A DNA stretch of 64,000 bases from Promethearchaeota archaeon (GCA_019058245.1 JAHPZJ010000026.1:1671-65670), one strand, 5' to 3'. Positions 49,539 to 59,898 are shown, numbered from the stretch's first letter. The notes: generated by a model from the letters alone, not told the origin. Translations and numbers: made by a program.

Positions 49539-50705
49539 TCAATCAAATAATCCTGCTATTCCCCTCATTTTTGTTTTTATTGCATTATTAGGACATAATT
49601 CCGAACAACATAGACAAGAAATGCATTTTTTCCTTAAGAATATAGGATAATTGCCTTTTATAAATTTTATTGCTTCTGCAGGACAAATTTCAGCGCATTG
49701 ACCACATTTTACGCATCTCTCCTTTATTAGATTGGGTATTTTTTTTATTATTTTATATCCTACATGTCCCGTCATGAAACTAATAACACTTGTAAAGTTA
49801 TTTCCAGGGACATTAAATTTAGGAGTCTGATTCTTAGCCTTTTCAAGTGGAACTCCTAAGATTTCTATTTCCTTCAAATTTCCAACCCCTAATTTTCGGT
49901 CCATCGCATTTTTAACATGAGATACGATTTTTGTTTTAACCTTACCAATTTCCAGCGCTACACAATCTAAAGCTAACTCATCTGTTCCCGCAAGAATTAA
50001 ATCCCATTGTTTCATCGATCCTCCTCCTGGACCAAACCTTCCCTCCATTATGTTTTGCAAATCATATATGATCAATCTATTTGGTTTGTTTTTTACAACC
50101 CATGAAAAATTATCCGCAAGAACTTCTCCAAATTGTTCAGCAGTTTTCCCTAATAAATGGTATTGAGCTTTTAGCCCTCCCTGAATAATTCCCCAATAAT
50201 TTTTAATTGCTCCTGTCATTGTTGCTTCTATATGAGATTTTAAGCGGGGTAAATTAATTAATATATCACATTCTTTAACAGCCTTAGCAACATGTATTTG
50301 TTTCAAACGTAAAGCACCCTCTATCTTTTCAATTATCGGTGTATCACTTTCGAAATCAACGAGTTTTATACCATATTTCTGACAAATTTCAAGTAAACCA
50401 ATTTTTTCTCCTACATCAGTAGCAGATTTTCCCTGTTGTCCCGGAGAATCTCCAACAGAAACATTCTCCATAGAAACTCCCTTCTCCTTCAGATAAGAAA
50501 TTACACCTTCTACAAAACTTGGTTGAGTACATGCGTTTTTCTTTGAAGTAAGCAAGTTTGGCTTAAGAAGTATTTGCTTTGAATTTTTAAAATTAAATGA
50601 TAAATTATCTTCTATTAATTTAATAGCCTCAACTACTGCTTTAGGAATTGAATCAAAATCTTTTACATTTACAATACTTACTTTAGTTAACATCGTTAGA
50701 CTCAC
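49539..50705 (-). CDS. DUF362 protein with C-terminal 2x[4Fe-4S] ferredoxin domain
   Basis: LLKPNLL, GDSPG, INLPRLKSH...TGAIKN; CVKCGQCAEICP, CISCLCCSELCP. Confidence 0.9.
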   Translation of the reverse strand: MSLTMLTKVSIVNVKDFDSIPKAVVEAIKLIEDNLSFNFKNSKQILLKPNLLTSKKNACTQPSFVEGVISYLKEKGVSMENVSVGDSPGQQGKSATDVGEKIGLLEICQKYGIKLVDFESDTPIIEKIEGALRLKQIHVAKAVKECDILINLPRLKSHIEATMTGAIKNYWGIIQGGLKAQYHLLGKTAEQFGEVLADNFSWVVKNKPNRLIIYDLQNIMEGRFGPGGGSMKQWDLILAGTDELALDCVALEIGKVKTKIVSHVKNAMDRKLGVGNLKEIEILGVPLEKAKNQTPKFNVPGNNFTSVISFMTGHVGYKIIKKIPNLIKERCVKCGQCAEICPAEAIKFIKGNYPIFLRKKCISCLCCSELCPNNAIKTKMRGIAGLFD

Positions 50706-51145
50706 TAAATCTCTTTTCCATAAATATCATAATTAACTTTATTAACCTTGTTTAAAATTATTAAAGAATTTTATAAAATTTTATTTATTTAATAAAAATG
50801 GTATTTTATTAGATTATATTAGTATAAAATAGATTTCTCCTTTAAATTAAAACTTTTGAATCTGGGAAAAAATCTCAGAAGATTAAAAATATATTAGAAA
50901 AGAGATAAAAATTAGTTTTTTCATTTCATCTTTAATCATTATTAGATTAATTTTTCTTTATAATGATTTTTTAATATTTTCAAGTAAAATCTTATTCATT
51001 ATTATAATTATCTAATAACAATTATTTTTATAATTCTAATATATTATATTTATTAAAAAAAAATCTATTATTTCAAAAAAAAGAATTAAGATCTATCTTT
51101 TATTATAGATTTAATATATATATATTCAAAAAAAATTTTAAACGT

Positions 51146-51688
51146 ATGATAAAACCTTCAAAATTCCTATTTAAGATTGTGTTTTTCGGGGATGGAGGCG
51201 TTGGTAAAACTACGCTAATAAACCGATATTTAACTGGTGTTTTTAGAGGTGATTCGGAAATTACGATAGGAGTTGACTTTCACGTAAAAAAAATCGATAT
51301 TGATGGAAAACGAGTTAGTTTGCAAATATGGGATTTTGCTGGTGAAGATAGGTTTAGATTTCTTATGCCTAGCTATGTTGTAGGTGCTGCTGGAGGTATC
51401 TTTTTATTTGATATAACAAGATACACCAGTCTAAAGAATTTTACCGATTGGATTGAAATTTTTAAGCAAGGTTATAAAGGAGATACAAATCAATACCCAG
51501 TTCTTATGGTAGGAAGTAAATTAGATCTAGAATATAAAAGAGCAGTTTCTAGGGAAGAAGCGTTTGAATTAGCTAAAAAGAATAATCTTTTTGGTTATCT
51601 TGAATGTTCTGCGAAGAGTGGTGAAAATGTTAAGGATATATTTGAAGAAATTACTAGATTAGCAATGATGAAATCGGGATTATTATAA
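51146..51688 (+). CDS. Rab-like small GTPase
   Basis: GDGGVGKT, TIGVDF, LQIWDFAGEDRFR, GSKLD, ECSAK. Confidence 0.95.
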   Translation: MIKPSKFLFKIVFFGDGGVGKTTLINRYLTGVFRGDSEITIGVDFHVKKIDIDGKRVSLQIWDFAGEDRFRFLMPSYVVGAAGGIFLFDITRYTSLKNFTDWIEIFKQGYKGDTNQYPVLMVGSKLDLEYKRAVSREEAFELAKKNNLFGYLECSAKSGENVKDIFEEITRLAMMKSGLL

Positions 51689-51710
51689 CAAAACCTATAA
51701 CAAAAATAAA

Positions 51711-52556
51711 TTAATTTTTAATAATTTCACTTAAATCATTAATGACTAAATCAGGAATTAAGTTTATATCAAAATTTTCAGAATTTCTTGACTTAATTTT
51801 TAAATCTTCAATCATTTTTTGAGAAGTTACCCCTGTTAATACTGCTATAGATATAATCCCAGCGCGATTTCCTGCCAAAATATCGGTATTCAACCTATCC
51901 CCAAAAATACACGCATTTTTAGCAGATACACGAGTATCATTTAATATCATCTTTATGCCAAATGGTTCGGGTTTTCCAAATATTCTTTCTGGATTCGTAT
52001 TTGTACAAGTTATTAGAGCATTTACCATTGCACCTGATCCAGGTTTGAGTCCCCGGGCAACAGGTAATGTAGAATCTGTATTTGTGGCATAAAATTTAGC
52101 TTTTCCTTCTAAAATACATTTTTGAGCAATTGCTAATTTATGATAGTTAAAATCTCTATCAAGTCCAACAATTACAAAATCAATTTCCTTAATGTTTAAT
52201 GGTTCAGTAATAATCTTATGACCAAATGATTGTAATTCCTCTCGTAAACCTCTCTCTCCAATAACAAAAATTTTCGCATTCCTTTTCAATTTTGTAATTT
52301 CCGCAGAAGTAATTGAAGCACTTGTATAAAAATCAGAAGCATTAGTATTTATCTTAAATTTTTTTAATTTCTCTACATATGTCTTCCTTGTTGCCGTAGA
52401 ATTATTAGAGTTATAGATAACTCTAATAGATTGTTCTTTAAGTTCATAAATTATTTTGTCTGCGTGAGGGATCAATGCATCCCCTCGGTAAATTACACCA
52501 TCTAAATCAAATATGGCCAGTTTTATATTTGAAAGTTTATCAATTAATTTTGGCAT
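51711..52556 (-). CDS. HAD-IIA hydrolase (NagD-like)
   Basis: FDLDGVIY, SNNS, GKPEP, GDRLNTDI, VLTGV; likely start MPKL at 52556. Confidence 0.92.
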   Translation of the reverse strand: MPKLIDKLSNIKLAIFDLDGVIYRGDALIPHADKIIYELKEQSIRVIYNSNNSTATRKTYVEKLKKFKINTNASDFYTSASITSAEITKLKRNAKIFVIGERGLREELQSFGHKIITEPLNIKEIDFVIVGLDRDFNYHKLAIAQKCILEGKAKFYATNTDSTLPVARGLKPGSGAMVNALITCTNTNPERIFGKPEPFGIKMILNDTRVSAKNACIFGDRLNTDILAGNRAGIISIAVLTGVTSQKMIEDLKIKSRNSENFDINLIPDLVINDLSEIIKN

Positions 52557-52564
52557 AGGGCAAA

Positions 52565-53713
52565 CTAAAACCATCCTACTGGTAATCCTAATAAAAATAT
52601 AAATAATTGTATGCCTATAGGTATAAAAATCGGATTTAAAATATTATCAGCCACATATTTTGGAAAATAATCAGTAATGAAGAAAATGATAGCCCCGATT
52701 ATTGCATAGATGGGGCCTACGAGAATTAAACCGATGACATATGCTACAATCATTCCTGCTAAAAATCCTTCAATGGATTTAGTATCCTTACTTCTTACAG
52801 TCACTTTATGCTTTCCATACCTTTTTCCAATTAAAGCTGCTGCTGCGTCCGAAAGACATGCTATAAGAAGCCCTGCAAAGAAAGCCAAGATAACTATTAT
52901 CTTTGCCATATAAAGCATATATGAAAAGATGATTCCCGTAAGAATATATATTTGTGGTCCAGTTGCATTTATCTCTTTATTTCTTAACATAGAATGTGTT
53001 AAATAGTTGAAAACTGAGTATTCTGGGCCCCATATAATTCTAATAATGTCAGATATTATTGCAAACATTAATGAACCAATTAATCCCATCATTATTAGAT
53101 AATCTATAGCTTGAAAGTCTCCTGAACTAAATGGATATAACGAAAGTGGACCCCATATAATTTCATAAACTGGAGGAAATTGATTGAATACAACGATTAC
53201 AGTATCATTAATTATACGAGCTATTGGATGCAGAAGTGTAAAAAAACCGAAATAACCTAAAATAAGGAGAAAACCCATCAAATGAAAGCTTTTTCTTATC
53301 ATTTCTTTTTTAACAGGTAATTCTTCACGATATGGGCTTGTATTAGATAGTTTTTCGATATACCGTTGTAAAGAATGTTTTTTTCCTACATTACTCTCCA
53401 CTTTATTTTTATCAAAATCCATTTTCTTTATTAATTTCTTAACTATCGTAAAAAAGATAAAATTGATCATTAAATTAATCCAAATCCACCATACCATAAA
53501 CCCATTATATGGATATGGAAAAAATCTAACAAGAGAATTATAATATCCAAAAATTAAAAAACAAACTCCACAAATTATTGTAGAAATTCCCCCATATCTA
53601 TTTTTTCCTTTAAATCCCTTTCGACCAATATAAATCATTATAATCATTAAAATAAAGAAAGAAAGAGATAATGTTATATTATAAAGATTATCTATAACAG
53701 CCCAATAGTCCAT
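52565..53713 (-). CDS. CTP-dependent lipid kinase family protein (dolichol/phytol/DAG kinase-like)
   Basis: RKSFH, SDAAAALIGKRYGKHK, KSIEGFLAG, DNILNP; multi-TM. Confidence 0.85.
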   Translation of the reverse strand: MDYWAVIDNLYNITLSLSFFILMIIMIYIGRKGFKGKNRYGGISTIICGVCFLIFGYYNSLVRFFPYPYNGFMVWWIWINLMINFIFFTIVKKLIKKMDFDKNKVESNVGKKHSLQRYIEKLSNTSPYREELPVKKEMIRKSFHLMGFLLILGYFGFFTLLHPIARIINDTVIVVFNQFPPVYEIIWGPLSLYPFSSGDFQAIDYLIMMGLIGSLMFAIISDIIRIIWGPEYSVFNYLTHSMLRNKEINATGPQIYILTGIIFSYMLYMAKIIVILAFFAGLLIACLSDAAAALIGKRYGKHKVTVRSKDTKSIEGFLAGMIVAYVIGLILVGPIYAIIGAIIFFITDYFPKYVADNILNPIFIPIGIQLFIFLLGLPVGWF

Positions 53714-53778
53714 GATTAATTCAATATAGAATTTTCTTAATTAAATAAATAATTAATAATCTAATAATTATTTTAGCT

Positions 53779-54837
53779 TTGATAATGACTCCTCAAAATA
53801 ATAATTTCGTTAATGTATTATTAAAAGAATCACACTCACCCATTCCAATATATTGCACTGGATACCCTGAGATAGAATTTATCGATAAATATATCAAATG
53901 TTATAAAATAGAAACTAACGATAAGGAGCATTTGTTAAATTTTAAAAATTATGATATCATTAAAAAAATGGGCTTTGATGCTATTTCTCTCTGGGATTTT
54001 CGACGGGGAGAAGGTGGGTATTTATTAGATGATCAGAGAAAAGTAGATGGATGGGGACGAATTTATAAAAGAGATTGGTATTCATGGGATGGCGTTTTTA
54101 AAGATGAGAAAACTTTAGAAGATTGGCAGTATTTAAAAATTCCCTCTAAAGAAAAATTAAAAAATTTAAAAGACTTTTTAGCTAAGGAAAAACAGGATTT
54201 AGCATACGTTATCTCATTACCCGGTCTTTTTGAAAAAACTTGGCAATCAATGGGGTTTTATTATTTCGCTAAATGCCTAAAGAAAAATATTAAATTTGTG
54301 GAAAGTGTAGTTTCATTTTTCTCGGATTATCTGCAGAAATTAATTAGAGCACTTCAAAGTACTGGAGTTGAAAATTTTTTAATAGCTGACGACTATGGTT
54401 ATAAAAATAGAACTTTTATTTCTAAAGAAAGATGGCTTCATCTATTTTTTGAAAAATATAATAACATTGTTAACATTATTCAAAAAGAAAAACAGAATTT
54501 AATATTACATTCTGATGGGTATATCTCTGAAATGATTAGAATATTTATAGATTTAGGATTTAATGGCGTTCAAAGCCTAGAACCTAATTCGGGAGTAGAT
54601 ATTTTTTCTCTTTTTAAAAAATTTAAAGATCAGATCTGCTTTATTGGTAATTTAGATATCTCTCTATTATCTTTTGGAACTCCAGAACAGGTAAGAAATT
54701 ATATTATTAAATTAATTAAAAAATCAAAAAAATATAATTGTTTTTTAGCAATTTCTCCAACACAACAAATTAATTCAAAATGTAAGTCTGATAATATAAA
54801 GACAATGATAGAAACAACTAAAAATTTTTATTCATAA
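53779..54837 (+). CDS. Uroporphyrinogen decarboxylase/MtaA-CmuA family protein
   Basis: DGWGR, ADDYG, LHSDG, LEP, FIGNLDI. Confidence 0.85.
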   Translation: MIMTPQNNNFVNVLLKESHSPIPIYCTGYPEIEFIDKYIKCYKIETNDKEHLLNFKNYDIIKKMGFDAISLWDFRRGEGGYLLDDQRKVDGWGRIYKRDWYSWDGVFKDEKTLEDWQYLKIPSKEKLKNLKDFLAKEKQDLAYVISLPGLFEKTWQSMGFYYFAKCLKKNIKFVESVVSFFSDYLQKLIRALQSTGVENFLIADDYGYKNRTFISKERWLHLFFEKYNNIVNIIQKEKQNLILHSDGYISEMIRIFIDLGFNGVQSLEPNSGVDIFSLFKKFKDQICFIGNLDISLLSFGTPEQVRNYIIKLIKKSKKYNCFLAISPTQQINSKCKSDNIKTMIETTKNFYS

Positions 54838-54934
54838 TTTAAAAAGGAACTAATATAGTTATATATATTAACAATCTTATATTTTTTTAAGTTGTATTTA
54901 ATTCAGAAATTCAATTATAGAAAGGATTATTATC

Positions 54935-55351
54935 ATGATTATATCTAAAAACGAGATAAATATCCTCGCTATTGTTAACATAATTTTAGTATTTGTATAT
55001 TGGATAATTGATATTTTACATATAATTTTTAGTTCTTTGGATTTTTTTATTCCTATTCCACCATTTTATTTTATATTCATGTTTGCTTCTTCATTGTTAG
55101 TATTTCTTAAACATGTAGAAGCTGCGGTGACATTACAAATAGTGGGAAGTATTATACATATATTCGGAACTTTAGGTTTAGTAGGCGTTTATTCGGCGTT
55201 TTCGAACCAAACTTTTTTGGAATATATATTGAATAATCCATTAAGTATATATTCAATTTTTTTAATTTTTGGATTTTGGATTATTGTTGTTGGATTTATA
55301 ATATTCTTAAGAAATCAAAATCCTCCTTTAGATCAATATACATCAATTTGA
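54935..55351 (+). CDS. Small 4-TM hypothetical membrane protein (inserted cargo)
   Basis: Four hydrophobic segments; lies between duplicated URO-D 3' ends. Confidence 0.7.
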   Translation: MIISKNEINILAIVNIILVFVYWIIDILHIIFSSLDFFIPIPPFYFIFMFASSLLVFLKHVEAAVTLQIVGSIIHIFGTLGLVGVYSAFSNQTFLEYILNNPLSIYSIFLIFGFWIIVVGFIIFLRNQNPPLDQYTSI

Positions 55352-55357
55352 AAAAAT

Positions 55358-55543
55358 AATCTTAATATCTCTTTTCTAGCATTTGAAATCCCATATCAAG
55401 TAAAGCAATCTATTATCAAATTGATAAAAAAGTCAAAAAAGTATAATTGCTTTTTAGCTATTTCTCCAACACAACAAATTAATCAACACTGTATACTCCA
55501 AAATATTAATGCCATGATAGAAACCACTAAAATATTTAAATAA
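55358..55543 (+). pseudogene. Orphan 3' fragment of the URO-D-family gene (direct repeat of 54649-54837)
   Basis: Manual translation NLNISFLAFEIPYQVKQSIIKLIKKSKKYNCFLAISPTQQINQHCILQNINAMIETTKIFK*; 43/61 aa identical to the C-terminus of 53779-54837; identical 24-mer at 54751-54774 and 55460-55483. Confidence 0.92.
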
Positions 55544-55765
55544 TAATTATGATAATTACTACAAATAGAGACTTTTTAAAAATAATAACAGTTCTTAAGG
55601 TATTTTTTTACAAAAATTTCAAAAATTAATTAATAAAGAAATAATAATATAATTTATTAGAATTTACAAAATAAAAAAAAATAAATAAAATTAAAATAAG
55701 TTAATTATATCTAATATTATATAAGGAAATATACCTTTCGTATATCCTCAAAATTATTAAAAAAA

Positions 55766-56143
55766 ATGATGAATTTGGAACCAACTACTGAGAACTTAGA
55801 TGATATATTGAAAAAACTGCTAGCAGCAATACCAGAAGTAAAAGCTGCTGCAATTGTTTCTGCTGAGGGTTTACCCATCGCATCCGCATTACCTCAAGGA
55901 GTAGATGAGACGAGGATAGCCGCTATGACTGCTGCATTACTCTCCTTAGCTGAAAGGTCAGTTATCGAGATGGAGAAAGGTGAGTTCGATCAATTATATG
56001 TTAAGGGGAGCGACGGGTACCTTTTAGTCTTACAAGCTGGTCCCAATGCTGTATTAACTGTTTCTACAACGAAAGATGTACGATTGGGCTTAATATTTTT
56101 AGACTGTAAACGAACCTGCGAAAAGATCGCAAAATTAATCTAA
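55766..56143 (+). CDS. Roadblock/LC7 (MglB-like) protein
   Basis: AIVSAEGLPIASALP, RIAAMTAALLSLAER, LGLIFLD. Confidence 0.95.
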   Translation: MMNLEPTTENLDDILKKLLAAIPEVKAAAIVSAEGLPIASALPQGVDETRIAAMTAALLSLAERSVIEMEKGEFDQLYVKGSDGYLLVLQAGPNAVLTVSTTKDVRLGLIFLDCKRTCEKIAKLI

Positions 56144-56290
56144 TTAAATTACAATCACATTTTCACTTTTTGAGATTTTTTAATAAATTTTATCATATTT
56201 CTCCAATTCTTTTTATGAAAAAAGCCTTAAATTGGTCTTAATAAAATACAATTTAAATAGATATGTATATTATAATCTTTTGAGATCTAA

Positions 56291-56569
56291 ATGCCAAAAA
56301 AAATATGGAAGTACCCAATTAATACTCAGGAAGTAAATTTTGTACTTGAAATGCCAGAAGGAGCGAAACTATTAAACTTTGATGTTCAAAGAGGTATTCC
56401 TACATTATGGGTATTAGTAAATCCAAATAATAAGTATGAGAATAGATTTTTCCGATTTATTGGTACTGGAGATATTATCGAAGAAGAAGATGATTTAAAC
56501 TTTATTGGGACAATCCAAATGGCTGATGGTACCCTAATTTTTCATTTATTTGAGGACATAAAAGATTAA
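56291..56569 (+). CDS. Small beta-rich protein of a family I recall from phage genomes (DUF7352-like)
   Basis: KIWKY...MPEGAK...LWVLVNP...GTG...IGTIQ...FHLFE. Confidence 0.65.
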   Translation: MPKKIWKYPINTQEVNFVLEMPEGAKLLNFDVQRGIPTLWVLVNPNNKYENRFFRFIGTGDIIEEEDDLNFIGTIQMADGTLIFHLFEDIKD

Positions 56570-56637
56570 AACATAATGACAAAAAAAAAAAGATATTCAA
56601 ATTCCTTTTACATGCTTTCTTCTTAATATCACTAGAA

Positions 56638-57441
56638 CTATAGATTTAATTCTTTTATTACTTCATTTACTTCATAATTTTCATGGACAATCATATACAG
56701 ACCTTTAACAAATTTCGTAGGATCATCTGCTTGAAAAACATTTCTCCCATATGCAACACCAGCTCCTCCTACCTCTATTGATTGTTTGGTTATTTCCAAG
56801 ATTCCTTTAATATCTTTTTTTTCTCCTCCTGCAATTATGACTGGAGCCATACACCCATCAACAACTTCTTTAAAAGAGTCCGGATCACCGGTCCAATTTG
56901 TTTTTACGATATCTGCTCCTAATTCCGCTGCGATTCTTGCAACTATCTTAACTAATTCGACATCATGCTCATTTTCTATATTTTCACCTCGTGGGTACAT
57001 CATAGCTATGAGTGGCATTCCAAGATCTCTACATTCTCTTGATACACTTCCTAGTATTTCAAGCATTTCGGGATCTGATTTGGTTCCAATATTAATATGG
57101 ATTGAAACTCCATCTGCCCCAAATTTGACTGCCTCTAGCACTGAATTTACCAAAATTTTATAATTTGAATCAGGACTTAATGCAGTTGAACCTGATAAAT
57201 GCAGAATTAAGCCAATATCTGGACCATAACCCCTATGGGCATATAAAGGGATGCCAACATGTCCTAAAACAGCGTTAGCACCACCTAGAGCTACTTTATT
57301 TACTATCTCACCTAAGCCTTTATCGAGTCCCTTAATAGGGCCCAAAGTTAATCCATGATCCATTGCTATTATAATAGTCCTTTTTGTCTCTCTATTGATT
57401 ATTCTTTCTAACCTAATTTTTTTACCTATATATCCAGACAT
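56638..57441 (-). CDS. Class I DhnA-type aldolase (ADH synthase AroA' or FBP aldolase)
   Basis: IAMDHG, IAMMYPRG, AELGADIVKT, IAGG, YGRNVFQ. Confidence 0.9.
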   Translation of the reverse strand: MSGYIGKKIRLERIINRETKRTIIIAMDHGLTLGPIKGLDKGLGEIVNKVALGGANAVLGHVGIPLYAHRGYGPDIGLILHLSGSTALSPDSNYKILVNSVLEAVKFGADGVSIHINIGTKSDPEMLEILGSVSRECRDLGMPLIAMMYPRGENIENEHDVELVKIVARIAAELGADIVKTNWTGDPDSFKEVVDGCMAPVIIAGGEKKDIKGILEITKQSIEVGGAGVAYGRNVFQADDPTKFVKGLYMIVHENYEVNEVIKELNL

Positions 57442-57657
57442 TTTAAATTCAACTCATATTTAAATTCCATCAGTAAAGAATATTAAAAAAAGTATTAGTA
57501 TCTTTAATAACTCTCTCTTTTCAATTTTAAGTTTAGTACTAAAATTAATTATTTTTCAGATTTATATTAAAGCAAAACCACAAACTATTAATTTTTTATT
57601 TCATTTGTACAATTACTAAACTTCAATAAAATTCACAAATTATGCGGTTATATTCAT

Positions 57658-58260
57658 ATGTTTAGACTCTACACCATCGAAGGAAAGATTGAGATCCCCC
57701 CCTTTTTATTTGACCAAGAAAAAGATGTCAGTGCAAGGATAATACTTTCAGAAGATTATGAAGGGATAATTACTCATGATTATGGATTTATAATAGCAGT
57801 TGTAGATGTTCTTGAGGTAGGAAAGGGGATCATCATACCTGGTAACGCCAATACTTTTCATGAGGTAATTTTTACTATCCTTACTTTCAAGCCAACAGTG
57901 TCAGAAGTAGTAGAAGGAACTGTTGTTGAAATTGTTGATTTCGGTAGTTTTGTACGTTTAGGGCCGTTAGATGGATTAGTCCATGTGTCTCAAATTTGTG
58001 ACGATTATATCTCTTATGAACAAGTGGGAAATCGATTTATTGGAAAAGAAACAGGAAAAATCTTAGAAGTTAATGATCAAGTTAGAGCAAAGATAATCGC
58101 GGTTTCTTTAGGTACAGGAAGAAGCGGAAAACTTGGCTTAACTATGAGGCAAAAATTCTTAGGAAAAGAAGAGTGGATTGAAAATGATATTGAAGAAACT
58201 TATAGTGAAAAGGAAATGAAACCCGCTGAATCAAATCAAGATGAAGATGATTCAACATAA
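57658..58260 (+). CDS. rpoE1: RNA polymerase subunit Rpo7 (E')
   Basis: EVVEGTVVEIVDFGSFVRLGPLDGLVHVSQI, GLTMRQ. Confidence 0.96.
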   Translation: MFRLYTIEGKIEIPPFLFDQEKDVSARIILSEDYEGIITHDYGFIIAVVDVLEVGKGIIIPGNANTFHEVIFTILTFKPTVSEVVEGTVVEIVDFGSFVRLGPLDGLVHVSQICDDYISYEQVGNRFIGKETGKILEVNDQVRAKIIAVSLGTGRSGKLGLTMRQKFLGKEEWIENDIEETYSEKEMKPAESNQDEDDST

Positions 58261-58286
58261 TTAAAATACAAATGGAGTGAATAATT

Positions 58287-58475
58287 TTGAAAGAAAAAGC
58301 ATGCAAAAATTGCCATTTAATTACTAAAAACGAAACTATTTGCCCTAAGTGCAAAACACATACTCTAAGCGAAGACTATACTGGAGAGGTAATTATAATT
58401 AATCCTCAAGAGTCTAAGTTCGCTGAGTATCTCAAGATTCATTTTCCCGGTAAGTACGCTTTAAGGGTGCGTTAA
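58287..58475 (+). CDS. spt4: Transcription elongation factor Spt4 (RpoE'')
   Basis: ACKNCH...CPKC...PGKYALRVR; operon position. Confidence 0.95.
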   Translation: MKEKACKNCHLITKNETICPKCKTHTLSEDYTGEVIIINPQESKFAEYLKIHFPGKYALRVR

Positions 58476-58573
58476 ATTTTAACTAAAAGCAACGGGTTAT
58501 TCGTTATAATTGTACTTATAAAAATTCTAAAGTAAATGTTATATAACACTCTTTCTTTATATTCTTGATTTAA

Positions 58574-59161
58574 ATGGAATATAATTTACGAATTCCTCAT
58601 GAAAAAAGGCATTTATTTACAGAGCCTCTTGATATTTTAATTGCAGGTTCTCGAAAGGAAACTATTTCTCAAGTGGAAAATATTTTCCAGGATTATGCAA
58701 GAACCAAAAAAGTATTTAACTTTTATATTGTGGGGGATATTGTTGCTAAAGATTTTTTATCTAACTCTTTTTTAAAAAAATTCATAAAAATTTGTATTAT
58801 TGATGAAAAAACACAGAGAACTCATATTAACTTAGAATTTGAGGAATTTTTTGAACATACTATTGAATTTCAAAATCCTGATGGAACTATAAATAAAGAC
58901 TGCTGGAAACTATTTAGAGAGGTTATAAAATCTGAGAAAAAAACTTTAATTAAAGTAATAGATGGAGAAGAAGATTTATTAATACTCCCTCTCATCCTCG
59001 AAATTCCTCTTTTAGTGGGAATTAAAAATTTTGCTTTCTATGGTCAACCTCCTATTACAGATTCTAATTTTATGATTCCTGAAGGAATTGTAATTGTTGA
59101 TATTGATGAAAATAGCCAAGAAAAAGTTAAAAAGATTATTTCTACAATGGATCAATTCTAA
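58574..59161 (+). CDS. GTP-dependent dephospho-CoA kinase (DUF359)
   Basis: VGDIV, IDEKTQR, NPDGTI, DGEEDLL, YGQP; conserved position. Confidence 0.9.
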   Translation: MEYNLRIPHEKRHLFTEPLDILIAGSRKETISQVENIFQDYARTKKVFNFYIVGDIVAKDFLSNSFLKKFIKICIIDEKTQRTHINLEFEEFFEHTIEFQNPDGTINKDCWKLFREVIKSEKKTLIKVIDGEEDLLILPLILEIPLLVGIKNFAFYGQPPITDSNFMIPEGIVIVDIDENSQEKVKKIISTMDQF

Positions 59162-59311
59162 CATTTTAATTATCTTTCAAAAATTATTATATAGGTCAAA
59201 TTTACATTAAAAACCAAAATTTTATTTTTTATATATTCTTTTGAATGTTATATTATAGTAATTTTTGTTTTTTGTAGAAATAATTTGCTGTAAGAAGGCA
59301 GTACGTTTAAA

Positions 59312-59665
59312 ATGACGTTAAATATTGAAATATTGGATGAAAAAAAAAACCCGTTAATTGACCGAACAGAATTAACAGTTAGAATCGATCATTTTGGAGA
59401 AGGAACTCCAAATAGGTTAGAAGTGAAGAAAAAGATTGCTGCCTTACAAGGTAGTGATGAAAAATTAACAATAATAAAAAAACTCGATACCCATTTTGGA
59501 GCATCTCATGCTATTGGTAAAGTATATATATATGAAAACTCAAAAGATCTAGCCTATTTTGAACCGTTTCATATTCAAGTGCGGAATCTTGAAAAAGAAA
59601 AAAGAACAGAAATTTATCAATTGAAAAAAAGACATGAATCTTACAAACATCTATTTGAATATTAA
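59312..59665 (+). CDS. rps24e: 30S ribosomal protein S24e
   Basis: NPLIDRTE, TPNRLEV, THFG. Confidence 0.95.
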   Translation: MTLNIEILDEKKNPLIDRTELTVRIDHFGEGTPNRLEVKKKIAALQGSDEKLTIIKKLDTHFGASHAIGKVYIYENSKDLAYFEPFHIQVRNLEKEKRTEIYQLKKRHESYKHLFEY

Positions 59666-59679
59666 TTATAATGTATTAA

Positions 59680-59898
59680 GTGAAAAATGAAATGAATTCT
59701 TCAGATTATTATAAAATTGAAGGGGGAAAGTTAGTTAGAACTCATAGGTCTTGCCCAAAATGTGGACCAAGCTATTTCCTTGCAGATCATTATGATAGAT
59801 GGTCATGTGGAAAATGTGGATACGCTGTATTCAAAAGAAAAGGACAAACGAAAGCAAAAGCTACAAGAAGATCTCCTCGAAAACGCTCAAAAGCGTAA
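59680..59898 (+). CDS. rps27ae: 30S ribosomal protein S27ae
   Basis: YYKIEG...CPKCG...FLADHYDRWSCGKCGY. Confidence 0.96.
   Translation: MKNEMNSSDYYKIEGGKLVRTHRSCPKCGPSYFLADHYDRWSCGKCGYAVFKRKGQTKAKATRRSPRKRSKA

Noticed and set aside
55349-55351. Selenocysteine readthrough fusing the membrane protein to the URO-D tail
   Set aside because: In-frame by 1-in-3 chance, no redox-motif context and no SECIS recognised
59680-59898. Ubiquitin-S27a fusion
   Set aside because: No ubiquitin-like sequence upstream; rps24e ends 14 bp before
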